Source: Auanema rhodensis (lineage: Eukaryota > Animalia > Nematoda). Taken from it: a stretch of 64,000 nt of DNA. Location: positions 3,286,001-3,350,000 of the forward strand of contig OZ059897.1 of the NCBI GenBank assembly GCA_964057225.1, read 5' to 3'. Position numbers and translations under genes: made by a program. The notes beneath the pieces are model-generated. The model was not told where the DNA came from and ran no database searches. It saw nothing but the letters and a program-made list of their open reading frames with translations. How positions within the stretch are numbered: the first letter of the stretch is position 1; each line of letters begins with the position of its first letter. Of the stretch, positions 41,101-56,500 are shown in pieces.

Positions 41101-42470
41101 GATCTGTGTTATCAGATTTGAGTTAGCTTAAAAATGCACCGAGATATCAACTGATATATGTTCACACTTATATCCTCGATTTTCACCCTGAAGAAATGAT
41201 TTTTTCGTTGAATAACATTGTCCATCGTCTTCGTCTTGAAAAAAGGAATCTAAAAACATCTACTTTTTGTGAAATTATTTAGAAATTTTTCGGGAAAATT
41301 TTTGTCAAAATGTTTTTGGAAGCAATGTTGAGTGTACATGGGAACTCAACATACACTAATGCATTATTTTTCAAACGATCATAACTAATTCCTGTAAATA
41401 GCGTTTCTCAATGAAGTATAGTGCATTCGATGCGGATTTTTAAGCTGCGTCGATCTGTGTTATCCGATTTGAGTTAGCTTAAAAATGCACCGAGATATCA
41501 ACTGATATATGTTCACACTTATATCCTCGATTTTCACCCTGAAGAAATGATTTTTTCGTTGAATAACATTATCCATCGTCTTCGTCTTGAAAAAAGGAAT
41601 CTAAAAACATCTACTTTTTGTGAAATTATTTAGAAATTTTTCGGGAAAATTTTTGTCAAAATGTTTTTGGAAGCAATGTTGAGTGTACATGGGAACTCAA
41701 CATACACTAATGCATTATTTTTCAAACGATCATAACTAATTTCTGTAAATAGCGTTTCTCAATGAAGTATTGTGCATTCGATGCGGATTTTTAAGCTGCG
41801 TCGATCTGTGTTATCCGATTTGAGTTAGCTTAAAAATGCACCGAGATATCAACTGATATATGTTCACACTTATATCCTCGATTTTCACCCTGAAGAAATG
41901 ATTTTTTCGTTGAATAACATTATCCATCGTCTTCGTCTTGAAAAAAGGAATCTAAAAACATCTACTTTTTGTGAAATTATTTAGAAATTTTTCGGGAAAA
42001 TTTTTGTCAAAATGTTTTTGGAAGCAATGTTGAGTGTACATGGGAACTCAACATACACTAATGCATTATTTTTCAAACGATCATAACTAATTTTTGTATA
42101 GAGCGTTTCTCAATGTAGTATAGTGCATTCGATGCGGATTTTTAAGCTGCGTTGATCTGTGTTATCAGATTTGAGTTAACTTAAAAATGCACCGAGATAT
42201 CAACTGATATAGGTTCACACTTATATCCTCGATTTTCACCCTGAAGAAGTAGTTTTTTCGTTGAAAAACATTGTCCATCGTCTTCGTCATGAAAAAAGGA
42301 ATCTAAAAACATCTACTTTTTAAGAAATTATATAGAAATTTTTCGGGAAAATTTTTGTCAAAATGTTTTTGGAAGCAATGTTGAGTGTACATGGGAACTC
42401 AACATACACTAATGCATTATTTTTCAAACGATCATAACTATTTTCTGTAAATAGCGTTTCTCAATGTAGT
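29133..42470. repeat. Duplication of an ~18-monomer block; the first copy carries an extra internal 3-mer (offsets 7371 then 6318 bp)
   Basis: GATAAAA variant at 30710 and 38081 (7371 = 21 x 351). GTAAAGTG variant at 34399 and 40717 (6318 = 18 x 351). The extra monomers are at 32994-34046. Confidence 0.8.
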
Positions 42471-44927
42471 ATAGTGCATTCGATGCGGATTTTTAAGCTG
42501 CGTTGATCTGTGTTATCAGATTTGAGTTAACTTAAAAATGCACCGAGATATCAACTGATATATGTTCACACTTATATCCTCGATTTTCAAACTGAAGAAT
42601 TGATTTTTTTGTTGAATAACATTGTCCATCGTCTTCGTCTTGAAAAAAGGAATCTAAAAACATCTACTTTTTGTGAAATTATCTAGAAATTTTTCGGGAA
42701 AATTTTTGTCAAAATGTTTTTGGAAGCAATGTTGAGTGTACATGGGAACTCAACATACACTAATGCATTATTTTTCAAACGATCATAACTATTTTCTGTA
42801 AATAGCGTTTCTCAATGTAGTAAAGTGCATTCGATGCGGATTTTTAAGCTGCGTTGATCTGTGTTATCAGATTTGAGTTAACTTAAAAATGCACCGAGAT
42901 ATCAACTGATATATGTTCACACTTATATCCTCGATTTTCACCCTGAAGAAATGATTTTTTCGTTGAATAACATTGTCCATCATCTTCGTCTTGAAAAAAG
43001 GAATCTAAAAACATCTACTTTTTGTGAAATTATTTAGAAATTTTTCGGGAAAATTTTTGTCAAAATGTTTTTGGAAGCAATGTTGAGTGTACATGGGAAC
43101 TCAACATACACTAATGCATTATTTTTCAAACGATCATAACTAATTTTTGTATAAAGCGTTTCTTAATGTAGTATAGTGCATTCGATGCGGATTTTTAAGC
43201 TGCGTCGATCTGTGTTATCCGATTTGAGTTAGCTTAAAAATGCACCGAGATATCAACTGATATATGTTCACACTTATATCCTCGATTTTCACCCTGAAGA
43301 AATGATTTTTTCGTTGAATAACATTATCCATCGTCTTCGTCTTGAAAAAAGGAATCTAAAAACATCTACTTTTTGTGAAATTATTTAGAAATTTTTCGGG
43401 AAAATTTTTGTCAAAATGTTTTTGGAAGCAATGTTGAGTGTACATGGGAACTCAACATACACTAATGCATTATTTTTCAAACGATCATAACTAATTTTTG
43501 TATAGAGCGTTTCTCAATGTAGTATAGTGCATTCGATGCGGATTTTTAAGCTGCGTTGATCTGTGTTATCAGATTTGAGTTAACTTAAAAATGCACCGAG
43601 ATATCAACTGATATAGGTTCACACTTATATCCTCGATTTTCACCCTGAAGAAGTAGTTTTTTCGTTGAAAAACATTGTCCATCGTCTTCGTCATGAAAAA
43701 AGGAATCTAAAAACATCTACTTTTTAAGAAATTATATAGAAATTTTTCGGGAAAATTTTTGTCAAAATGTTTTTGGAAGCAATGTTGAGTGTACATGGGA
43801 ACTCAACATACACTAATGCATTATTTTTCAAACGATCATAACTTATTTTTGTATAGAGCGTTTCTCAATGTAGTATAGTGCATTCGATGCGGATTTTTAA
43901 GCTGCGTCGATCTGTGTTATCCGATTTGAGTTAGCTTAAAAATGCACCGAGATATCAACTGATATATGTTCACACTTATATCCTCGATTTTCACCCTGAA
44001 GAAATGATTTTTTCGTTGAATAACATTATCCATCGTCTTCGTCTTGAAAAAAGGAATCTAAAAACATCTACTTTTTGTGAAATTATTTAGAAATTTTTCG
44101 GGAAAATTTTTGTCAAAATGTTTTTGGAAGCAATGTTGAGTGTACATGGGAACTCAACATACACTAATGCATTATTTTTCAAACGATCATAACTAATTTT
44201 TGTATAGAGCGTTTCTCAATGTAGTATAGTGCATTCGATGCGGATTTTTAAGCTGCGTTGATCTGTGTTATCAGATTTGAGTTAACTTAAAAATGCACCG
44301 AGATATCAACTGATATAGGTTCACACTTATATCCTCGATTTTCACCCTGAAGAAGTAGTTTTTTCGTTGAAAAACATTGTCCATCGTCTTCGTCATGAAA
44401 AAAGGAATCTAAAAACATCTACTTTTTAAGAAATTATATAGAAATTTTTCGGGAAAATTTTTGTCAAAATGTTTTTGGAAGCAATGTTGAGTGTACATGG
44501 GAACTCAACATACACTAATGCATTATTTTTCAAACGATCATAACTTATTTTTGTATAGAGCGTTTCTCAATGTAGTATAGTGCATTCGATGCGGATTTTT
44601 AAGCTGCGTCGATCTGTGTTATCCGATTTGAGTTAGCTTAAAAATGCACCGAGATATCAACTGATATATGTTCACACTTATATCCTCGATTTTCACCCTG
44701 AAGAAATGATTTTTTCGTTGAATAACATTGTCCATCGTCTTCGTCTTGAAAAAAGGAATCTAAAAACATCTACTTTTTGTGAAATTATTTAGAAATTTTT
44801 CGGGAAAATTTTTGTCAAAATGTTTTTGGAAGCAATGTTGAGTGTACATGGGAACTCAACATACACTAATGCATTATTTTTCAAACGATCATAACTAATT
44901 TTTGTATAGAGCGTTTCTCAATGTAGT

Positions 44928-47900
44928 ATAGTGCATTCGATGCGGATTTTTAAGCTGCGTTGATCTGTGTTATCAGATTTGAGTTAACTTAAAAATGCAC
45001 CGAGATATCAACTGATATAGGTTCACACTTATATCCTCGATTTTCACCCTGAAGAAGTAGTTTTTTCGTTGAAAAACATTGTCCATCGTCTTCGTCATGC
45101 AAAAGGAATCTAAAAACATCTACTTTTTAAGAAATTATATAGAAATTTTTCGGGAAAATTTTTGTCAAAATGTTTTTGGAAGCAATGTTGAGTGTACATG
45201 GGAACTCAACATACACTAATGCATTATTTTTCAAACGATCATAACTTATTTTTGTATAGAGCGTTTCTCAATGTAGTATAGTGCATTCGATGCGGATTTT
45301 TAAGCTGCGTCGATCTGTGTTATCAGATTTGAGTTAGCTTAAAAATGCACCGAGATATCAACTGATATATGTTCACACTTATATCCTCGATTTTCACCCT
45401 GAAGAAATGATTTTTTCGTTGAATAACATTGTCCATCGTCTTCGTCTTAAAAAAAGGAATCTAAAAACATCTACTTTTTAAGAAATTATATAGAAATTTT
45501 TCGGGAAAATTTTTGTCAAAATGTTTTTGGAAGCAATGTTGAGTGTACATGGGAACTCAACATACACTAATGCATTATTTTTCAAACGATCATAACTTAT
45601 TTTTGTATAGAGCGTTTCTCAATGTAGTATAGTGCATTCGATGCGGATTTTTAAGCTGCGTCGATCTGTGTTATCCGATTTGAGTTAGCTTAAAAATGCA
45701 CCGAGATATCAACTGATATATGTTCACACTTATATCCTCGATTTTCACCCTGAAGAAATGATTTTTTCGTTGAATAACATTGTCCATCGTCTTCGTCTTG
45801 AAAAAAGGAATCTAAAAACATCTACTTTTTGTGAAATTATTTAGAAATTTTTCGGGAAAATTTTTGTCAAAATGTTTTTGGAAGCAATGTTGAGTGTACA
45901 TGGGAACTCAACATACACTAATGCATTATTTTTCAAACGATCATAACTAATTTTTGTATAGAGCGTTTCTCAATGTAGTATAGTGCATTCGATGCGGATT
46001 TTTAAGCTGCGTTGATCTGTGTTATCAGATTTGAGTTAACTTAAAAATGCACCGAGATATCAACTGATATAGGTTCACACTTATATCCTCGATTTTCACC
46101 CTGAAGAAGTAGTTTTTTCGTTGAAAAACATTGTCCATCGTCTTCGTCATGAAAAAAGGAATCTAAAAACATCTACTTTTTAAGAAATTATATAGAAATT
46201 TTTCGGGAAAATTTTTGTCAAAATGTTTTTGGAAGCAATGTTGAGTGTACATGGGAACTCAACATACACTAATGCATTATTTTTCAAACGATCATAACTT
46301 ATTTTTGTATAGAGCGTTTCTCAATGTAGTATAGTGCATTCGATGCGGATTTTTAAGCTGCGTCGATCTGTGTTATCAGATTTGAGTTAGCTTAAAAATG
46401 CACCGAGATATCAACTGATATATGTTCACACTTATATCCTCGATTTTCACCCTGAAGAAATGATTTTTTCGTTGAATAACATTGTCCATCGTCTTCGTCT
46501 TAAAAAAAGGAATCTAAAAACATCTACTTTTTGTGAAATTATTTAGAAATTTTTCGGGAAAATTTTTGTCAAAATGTTTTTGGAAGCAATGTTGAGTGTA
46601 CATGGGAACTCAACATACACTAATGCATTATTTTTCAAACGATCATAACTAATTTTTGTAAATAGCGTTTCTCAAGGTAGTATAGTGCATTCGATGCGGA
46701 TTTTTAAGCTGCGTCGATCTGTGTTATCAGATTTGAGTTAGCTTAAATATGCACCGAGATATCAACTGATATATGTTCACACTTATATCCTCGATTTTCA
46801 CCCTGAAGAAATAGTTTTTTCGTTGAAAAACATTGTCCATCGTCTTTGCCTTGAAAAAAGGAATCTAAAAACATCTACTTTTTGTGAAATTATTTAGAAA
46901 TTTTTCGGGAAAATTTTTGTCAAAATGTTTTTGGAAGCAATGTTGAGTGTACATGGGAACTCAACATACACTAATGCATTATTTTTCAAACGATCATAAC
47001 TTATTTTTGTATAGAGCGTTTCTCAATGTAGTATAGTGCATTCGATGCGGATTTTTAAGCTGCGTCGATCTGTGTTATCAGATTTGAGTTAGCTTAAAAA
47101 TGCACCGAGATATCAACTGATATATGTTCACACTTATATCATCGACTTTCACCCTGAAGAAATGATTTTTTCGTTGAATAACATTGTCCATCGTCTTCGT
47201 CTTGAAAAAAGGAATCTAAAAACATCTACTTTTTGTGAAATTATTTAGAAATTTTTCGGGAAAATTTTTGTCAAAATGTTTTTGGAAGCAATGTTGAGTG
47301 TACATGGGAACTCAACATACACTAATGCATTATTTTTCAAACGATCATAACTTATTTTTGTATAGAGCGTTTCTCAATGTAGTATAGTGCATTCGATGCG
47401 GATTTTTAAGCTGCGTCGATCTGTGTTATCAGATTTGAGTTAGCTTAAAAATGCACCGAGATATCAACTGATATATGTTCACACTTATATCCTCGACTTT
47501 CACCCTGAAGAAATAGTTTTTTCGTTGAAAAACATTGTCCATCGTCTTTGCCTTGAAAAAAGGAATCTAAAAACATCTACTTTTTGTGAAATTATTTAGA
47601 AATTTTTCGGGAAAATTTTTGTCAAAATGTTTTTGGAAGCAATGTTGAGTGTACATGGGAACTCAACATACACTAATGCATTATTTTTCAAACGATCATA
47701 ACTAATTTTTGTATAGAGCGTTTCTCAATGTAGTATAGTGCATTCGATGCGGATTTTTAAGCTGCGTTGATCTGTGTTATCAGATTTGAGTTAACTTAAA
47801 AATGCACCGAGATATCAACTGATATAGGTTCACACTTATATCCTCGATTTTCACCCTGAAGAAGTAGTTTTTTCGTTGAAAAACATTGTCCATCGTCTTC

Positions 47901-50542
47901 GTCATGAAAAAAGGAATCTAAAAACATCTACTTTTTAAGAAATTATATAGAAATTTTTCGGGAAAATTTTTGTCAAAATGTTTTTGGAAGCAATGTTGAG
48001 TGTACATGGGAACTCAACATACACTAATGCATTATTTTTCAAACGATCATAACTTATTTTTGTATAGAGCGTTTCTCAATGTAGTATAGTGCATTCGATG
48101 CGGATTTTTAAGCTGCGTCGATCTGTGTTATCAGATTTGAGTTAGCTTAAAAATGCACCGAGATATCAACTGATATATGTTCACACTTATATCCTCGATT
48201 TTCACCCTGAAGAAATGATTTTTTCGTTGAATAACATTGTCCATCGTCTTCGTCTTAAAAAAAGGAATCTAAAAACATCTACTTTTTAAGAAATTATATA
48301 GAAATTTTTCGGGAAAATTTTTGTCAAAATGTTTTTGGAAGCAATGTTGAGTGTACATGGGAACTCAACATACACTAATGCATTATTTTTCAAACGATCA
48401 TAACTTATTTTTGTATAGAGCGTTTCTCAATGTAGTATAGTGCATTCGATGCGGATTTTTAAGCTGCGTCGATCTGTGTTATCCGATTTGAGTTAGCTTA
48501 AAAATGCACCGAGATATCAACTGATATATGTTCACACTTATATCCTCGATTTTCACCCTGAAGAAATGATTTTTTCGTTGAATAACATTGTCCATCGTCT
48601 TCGTCTTGAAAAAAGGAATCTAAAAACATCTACTTTTTGTGAAATTATTTAGAAATTTTTCGGGAAAATTTTTGTCAAAATGTTTTTGGAAGCAATGTTG
48701 AGTGTACATGGGAACTCAACATACACTAATGCATTATTTTTCAAACGATCATAACTAATTTTTGTATAGAGCGTTTCTCAATGTAGTATAGTGCATTCGA
48801 TGCGGATTTTTAAGCTGCGTTGATCTGTGTTATCAGATTTGAGTTAACTTAAAAATGCACCGAGATATCAACTGATATAGGTTCACACTTATATCCTCGA
48901 TTTTCACCCTGAAGAAGTAGTTTTTTCGTTGAAAAACATTGTCCATCGTCTTCGTCATGAAAAAAGGAATCTAAAAACATCTACTTTTTAAGAAATTATA
49001 TAGAAATTTTTCGGGAAAATTTTTGTCAAAATGTTTTTGGAAGCAATGTTGAGTGTACATGGGAACTCAACATACACTAATGCATTATTTTTCAAACGAT
49101 CATAACTTATTTTTGTATAGAGCGTTTCTCAATGTAGTATAGTGCATTCGATGCGGATTTTTAAGCTGCGTCGATCTGTGTTATCAGATTTGAGTTAGCT
49201 TAAAAATGCACCGAGATATCAACTGATATATGTTCACACTTATATCCTCGATTTTCACCCTGAAGAAATGATTTTTTCGTTGAATAACATTGTCCATCGT
49301 CTTCGTCTTAAAAAAAGGAATCTAAAAACATCTACTTTTTGTGAAATTATTTAGAAATTTTTCGGGAAAATTTTTGTCAAAATGTTTTTGGAAGCAATGT
49401 TGAGTGTACATGGGAACTCAACATACACTAATGCATTATTTTTCAAACGATCATAACTAATTTTTGTAAATAGCGTTTCTCAAGGTAGTATAGTGCATTC
49501 GATGCGGATTTTTAAGCTGCGTCGATCTGTGTTATCAGATTTGAGTTAGCTTAAATATGCACCGAGATATCAACTGATATATGTTCACACTTATATCCTC
49601 GATTTTCACCCTGAAGAAATAGTTTTTTCGTTGAAAAACATTGTCCATCGTCTTTGCCTTGAAAAAAGGAATCTAAAAACATCTACTTTTTGTGAAATTA
49701 TTTAGAAATTTTTCGGGAAAATTTTTGTCAAAATGTTTTTGGAAGCAATGTTGAGTGTACATGGGAACTCAACATACACTAATGCATTATTTTTCAAACG
49801 ATCATAACTTATTTTTGTATAGAGCGTTTCTCAATGTAGTATAGTGCATTCGATGCGGATTTTTAAGCTGCGTCGATCTGTGTTATCAGATTTGAGTTAG
49901 CTTAAAAATGCACCGAGATATCAACTGATATATGTTCACACTTATATCATCGACTTTCACCCTGAAGAAATGATTTTTTCGTTGAATAACATTGTCCATC
50001 GTCTTCGTCTTGAAAAAAGGAATCTAAAAACATCTACTTTTTGTGAAATTATTTAGAAATTTTTCGGGAAAATTTTTGTCAAAATGTTTTTGGAAGCAAT
50101 GTTGAGTGTACATGGGAACTCAACATACACTAATGCATTATTTTTCAAACGATCATAACTTATTTTTGTATAGAGCGTTTCTCAATGTAGTATAGTGCAT
50201 TCGATGCGGATTTTTAAGCTGCGTCGATCTGTGTTATCAGATTTGAGTTAGCTTAAAAATGCACCGAGATATCAACTGATATATGTTCACACTTATATCC
50301 TCGACTTTCACCCTGAAGAAATAGTTTTTTCGTTGAAAAACATTGTCCATCGTCTTTGCCTTGAAAAAAGGAATCTAAAAACATCTACTTTTTGTGAAAT
50401 TATTTAGAAATTTTTCGGGAAAATTTTTGTCAAAATGTTTTTGGAAGCAATGTTGAGTGTACATGGGAACTCAACATACACTAATGCATTATTTTTCAAA
50501 CGATCATAACTAATTTTTGTAAATAGCGTTTCTCAAGGTAGT
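44928..50542. repeat. Tandem duplication of an 8-monomer block (period 2808 bp)
   Basis: Private variants TTAAATAT at 46748 and 49556, and ATCATCGACT at 47141 and 49949. Confidence 0.85.
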
Positions 50543-53500
50543 ATAGTGCATTCGATGCGGATTTTTAAGCTGCGTCGATCTGTGTTATCAGATTTGAGTT
50601 AGCTTAAAAATGCACCGAGATATCAACTGATATATGTTCACACTTATATCCTCGACTTTCACCCTGAAGAAATAGTTTTTTCGTTGAAAAACATTGTCCA
50701 TCGTCTTTGCCTTGAAAAAAGGAATCTAAAAACATCTACTTTTTGTGAAATTATTTAGAAATTTTTCGGGAAAATTTTTGTCAAAATGTTTTTGGAAGCA
50801 ATGTTGAGTGTACATGGGAACTCAACATACACTAATGCATTATTTTTCAAACGATCATAACTTATTTTTGTATAGAGCGTTTCTCAATGTAGTATAGTGC
50901 ATTCGATGCGGATTTTTAAGCTGCGTCGATCTGTGTTATCAGATTTGAGTTAGCTTAAAAATGCACCGAGATATCAACTGATATATGTTCACACTTATAT
51001 CCTCGATTTTCACCCTGAAGAAATGATTTTTTCGTTGAATAACATTGTCCATCGTCTTCGTCTTAAAAAAAGGAATCTAAAAACATCTACTTTTTGTGAA
51101 ATTATTTAGAAATTTTTCGGGAAAATTTTTGTCAAAATGTTTTTGGAAGCAATGTTGAGTGTACATGGGAACTCAACATACACTAATGCATTATTTTTCA
51201 AACGATCATAACTAATTTTTGTAAATAGCGTTTCTCAAGGTAGTATAGTGCATTCGATGCGGATTTTTAAGCTGCGTCGATCTGTGTTATCAGATTTGAG
51301 TTAGCTTAAAAATGCACCGAGATATCAACTGATATATGTTCACACTTATATCCTCGATTTTCACCCTGAAGAAATAGTTTTTTCGTTGAAAAACATTGTC
51401 CATCGTCTTTGCCTTGAAAAAAGGAATCTAAAAACATCTACTTTTTGTGAAATTATTTAGAAATTTTTCGGGAAAATTTTTGTCAAAATGTTTTTGGAAG
51501 CAATGTTGAGTGTACATGGGAACTCAACATACACTAATGCATTATTTTTCAAACGATCATAACTTATTTTTGTATAGAGCGTTTCTCAATGTAGTATAGT
51601 GCATTCGATGCGGATTTTTAAGCTGCGTCGATCTGTGTTATCAGATTTGAGTTAGCTTAAAAATGCACCGAGATATCAACTGATATATGTTCACACTTAT
51701 ATCCTCGACTTTCACCCTGAAGAAATGATTTTTTCGTTGAATAACATTGTCCATCGTCTTCGTCTTGAAAAAAGGAATCTAAAAACATCTACTTTTTGTG
51801 AAATTATTTAGAAATTTTTCGGGAAAATTTTTGTCAAAATGTTTTTGGAAGCAATGTTGAGTGTACATGGGAACTCAACATACACTAATGCATTATTTTT
51901 CAAACGATCATAACTTATTTTTGTATAGAGCGTTTCTCAATGTAGTATAGTGCATTCGATGCGGATTTTTAAGCTGCGTCGATCTGTGTTATCAGATTTG
52001 AGTTAGCTTAAAAATGCACCGAGATATCAACTGATATATGTTCACACTTATATCCTCGATTTTCACCCTGAAGAAATGATTTTTTCGTTGAATAACATTG
52101 TCCATCGTCTTCGTCTTGAAAAAAGGAATCTAAAAACATCTACTTTTTGTGAAATTATTTAGAAATTTTTCGGGAAAATTTTTGTCAAAATGTTTTTGGA
52201 AGCAATGTTGAGTGTACATGGGAACTCAACATACACTAATGCATTATTTTTCAAACGATCATAACTTATTTTTGTATAGAGCGTTTCTCAATGTAGTATA
52301 GTGCATTCGATGCGGATTTTTAAGCTGCGTCGATCTGTGTTATCCGATTTGAGTTAGCTTAAAAATGCACCGAGATATCAACTGATATATGTTCACACTT
52401 ATATCCTCGATTTTCACCCTGAAGAAATGATTTTTTCGTTGAATAACATTGTCCATCGTCTTCGTCTTGAAAAAAGGAATCTAAAAACATCTACTTTTTG
52501 TGAAATTATTTAGAAATTTTTCGGGAAAATTTTTGTCAAAATGTTTTTGGAAGCAATGTTGAGTGTACATGGGAACTCAACATACACTAATGCATTATTT
52601 TTCAAACGATCATAACTAATTTTTGTATAGAGCGTTTCTCAATGTAGTATAGTGCATTCGATGCGGATTTTTAAGCTGCGTTGATCTGTGTTATCAGATT
52701 TGAGTTAACTTAAAAATGCACCGAGATATCAACTGATATAGGTTCACACTTATATCCTCGATTTTCACCCTGAAGAAGTAGTTTTTTCGTTGAAAAACAT
52801 TGTCCATCGTCTTCGTCATGAAAAAAGGAATCTAAAAACATCTACTTTTTAAGAAACTATATAGAAATTTTTCGGGAAAATTTTTGTCAAAATGTTTTTG
52901 GAAGCAATGTTGAGTGTACATGGGAACTCAACATACACTAATGCATTATTTTTCAAACGATCATAACTTATTTTTGTATAGAGCGTTTCTCAATGTAGTA
53001 TAGTGCTTTCGATGCGGATTTTTAAGCTGCGTCGATCTGTGTTATCAGATTTGAGTTAGCTTAAAAATGCACCGAGATATCAACTGATATATGTTCACAC
53101 TTATATCCTCGATTTTCACCCTGAAGAAATGATTTTTTCGTTGAATAACATTGTCCATCGTCTTCGTCTTGAAAAAAGGAATCTAAAAACATCTACTTTT
53201 TGTGAAATTATTTAGAAATTTTTCGGGAAAATTTTTGTCAAAATGTTTTTGGAAGCAATGTTGAGTGTACATGGGAACTCAACATACACTAATGCATTAT
53301 TTTTCAAACGATCATAACTTATTTTTGTATAGAGCGTTTCTCAATGTAGTATAGTGCATTCGATGCGGATTTTTAAGCTGCGTCGATCTGTGTTATCCGA
53401 TTTGAGTTAGCTTAAAAATGCACCGAGATATCAACTGATATATGTTCACACTTATATCCTCGATTTTCACCCTGAAGAAATGATTTTTTCGTTGAATAAC

Positions 53501-56500
53501 ATTGTCCATCGTCTTCGTCTTGAAAAAAGGAATCTAAAAACATCTACTTTTTGTGAAATTATTTAGAAATTTTTCGGGAAAATTTTTGTCAAAATGTTTT
53601 TGGAAGCAATGTTGAGTGTACATGGGAACTCAACATACACTAATGCATTATTTTTCAAACGATCATAACTAATTTTTGTATAGAGCGTTTCTCAATGTAG
53701 TATAGTGCATTCGATGCGGATTTTTAAGCTGCGTTGATCTGTGTTATCAGATTTGAGTTAACTTAAAAATGCACCGAGATATCAACTGATATAGGTTCAC
53801 ACTTATATCCTCGATTTTCACCCTGAAGAAGTAGTTTTTTCGTTGAAAAACATTGTCCATCGTCTTCGTCATGAAAAAAGGAATCTAAAAACATCTACTT
53901 TTTAAGAAACTATATAGAAATTTTTCGGGAAAATTTTTGTCAAAATGTTTTTGGAAGCAATGTTGAGTGTACATGGGAACTCAACATACACTAATGCATT
54001 ATTTTTCAAACGATCATAACTTATTTTTGTATAGAGCGTTTCTCAATGTAGTATAGTGCTTTCGATGCGGATTTTTAAGCTGCGTCGATCTGTGTTATCA
54101 GATTTGAGTTAGCTTAAAAATGCACCGAGATATCAACTGATATATGTTCACACTTATATCCTCGATTTTCAAACTGAAGAATTGATTTTTTTGTTGAATA
54201 ACATTGTTCATCGTCTTCGTCTTGAAAAAAGGAATCTAAAAACATCTACTTTTTGTGAAATTATCTAGAAATTTTTCGGGAAAATTTTTGTCAAAATGTT
54301 TTTGGAAGCAATGTTGAGTGTACATGGGAACTCAACATACACTAATGCATTATTTTTCAAACGATCATAACTAATTTTTGTATAGAGCGTTTCTCAATGT
54401 AGTATAGTGCATTCGATGCGGATTTTTAAGCTGCGTCGATCTGTGTTATCAGATTTGAGTTAGCTTAAAAATGCACCGAGATATCAACTGATATATGTTC
54501 ACACTTATATCCTCGATTTTCACCCTGAAGAAATAGTTTTTTCGTTGAAAAACATTGTCCATCGTCTTTGCCTTGAAAAAAGGAATCTAAAAACATCTAC
54601 TTTTTGTGAAATTATTTAGAAATTTTTCGGGAAAATTTTTGTCAAAATGTTTTTGGAAGCAATGTTGAGTGTACATGGGAACTCAACATACACTAATGCA
54701 TTATTTTTCAAACGATCATAACTTATTTTTGTATAGAGCGTTTCTCAATGTAGTATAGTGCATTCGATGCGGATTTTTAAGCTGCGTCGATCTGTGTTAT
54801 CAGATTTGAGTTAGCTTAAAAATGCACCGAGATATCAACTGATATATGTTCACACTTATATCCTCGACTTTCACCCTGAAGAAATGATTTTTTCGTTGAA
54901 TAACATTGTCCATCGTCTTCGTCTTGAAAAAAGGAATCTAAAAACATCTACTTTTTGTGAAATTATTTAGAAATTTTTCGGGAAAATTTTTGTCAAAATG
55001 TTTTTGGAAGCAATGTTGAGTGTACATGGGAACTCAACATACACTAATGCATTATTTTTCAAACGATCATAACTTATTTTTGTATAGAGCGTTTCTCAAT
55101 GTAGTATAGTGCATTCGATGCGGATTTTTAAGCTGCGTCGATCTGTGTTATCCGATTTGAGTTAGCTTAAAAATGCACCGAGATATCAACTGATATATGT
55201 TCACACTTATATCCTCGATTTTCACCCTGAAGAAATGATTTTTTCGTTGAATAACATTGTCCATCGTCTTCGTCTTGAAAAAAGGAATCTAAAAACATCT
55301 ACTTTTTGTGAAATTATTTAGAAATTTTTCGGGAAAATTTTTGTCAAAATGTTTTTGGAAGCAATGTTGAGTGTACATGGGAACTCAACATACACTAATG
55401 CATTATTTTTCAAACGATCATAACTAATTTTTGTATAGAGCGTTTCTCAATGTAGTATAGTGCATTCGATGCTGATTTTTAAGCTGCGTTGATCTGTGTT
55501 ATCAGATTTGAAATAACTTAAAAATGCACCGAGATATCAACTGATATAGGTTCACACTTATATCCTCGATTTTCACCCTGAAGAAATGATTTTTTCGTTG
55601 AATAACATTGTCCATCGTCTTCGTCTTGAAAAAAGGAATCTAAAAACATCTACTTTTTGTGAAATTATTTAGAAATTTTTCGGGAAAATTTTTGTCAAAA
55701 TGTTTTTGGAAGCAATGTTGAGTGTACATGGGAACTCAACATACACTAATGCATTATTTTTCAAACGATCATAACTTATTTTTGTATAGAGCGTTTCTCA
55801 ATGTAGTATAGTGCATTCGATGCGGATTTTTAAGCTGCGTCGATCTGTGTTATCAGATTTGAGTTAGCTTAAAAATGCACCGAGATATCAACTGATATAT
55901 GTTCACACTTATATCCTCGACTTTCACCCTGAAGAAATGATTTTTTCGTTGAATAACATTGTCCATCGTCTTCGTCTTGAAAAAAGGAATCTAAAAACAT
56001 CTACTTTTTGTGAAATTATTTAGAAATTTTTCGGGAAAATTTTTGTCAAAATGTTTTTGGAAGCAATGTTGAGTGTACATGGGAACTCAACATACACTAA
56101 TGCATTATTTTTCAAACGATCATAACTTATTTTTGTATAGAGCGTTTCTCAATGTAGTATAGTGCATTCGATGCGGATTTTTAAGCTGCGTCGATCTGTG
56201 TTATCAGATTTGAGTTAGCTTAAAAATGCACCGAGATATCAACTGATATATGTTCACACTTATATCCTCGATTTTCACCCTGAAGAAATGATTTTTTCGT
56301 TGAATAACATTGTCCATCGTCTTCGTCTTGAAAAAAGGAATCTAAAAACATCTACTTTTTGTGAAATTATTTAGAAATTTTTCGGGAAAATTTTTGTCAA
56401 AATGTTTTTGGAAGCAATGTTGAGTGTACATGGGAACTCAACATACACTAATGCATTATTTTTCAAACGATCATAACTTATTTTTGTATAGAGCGTTTCT

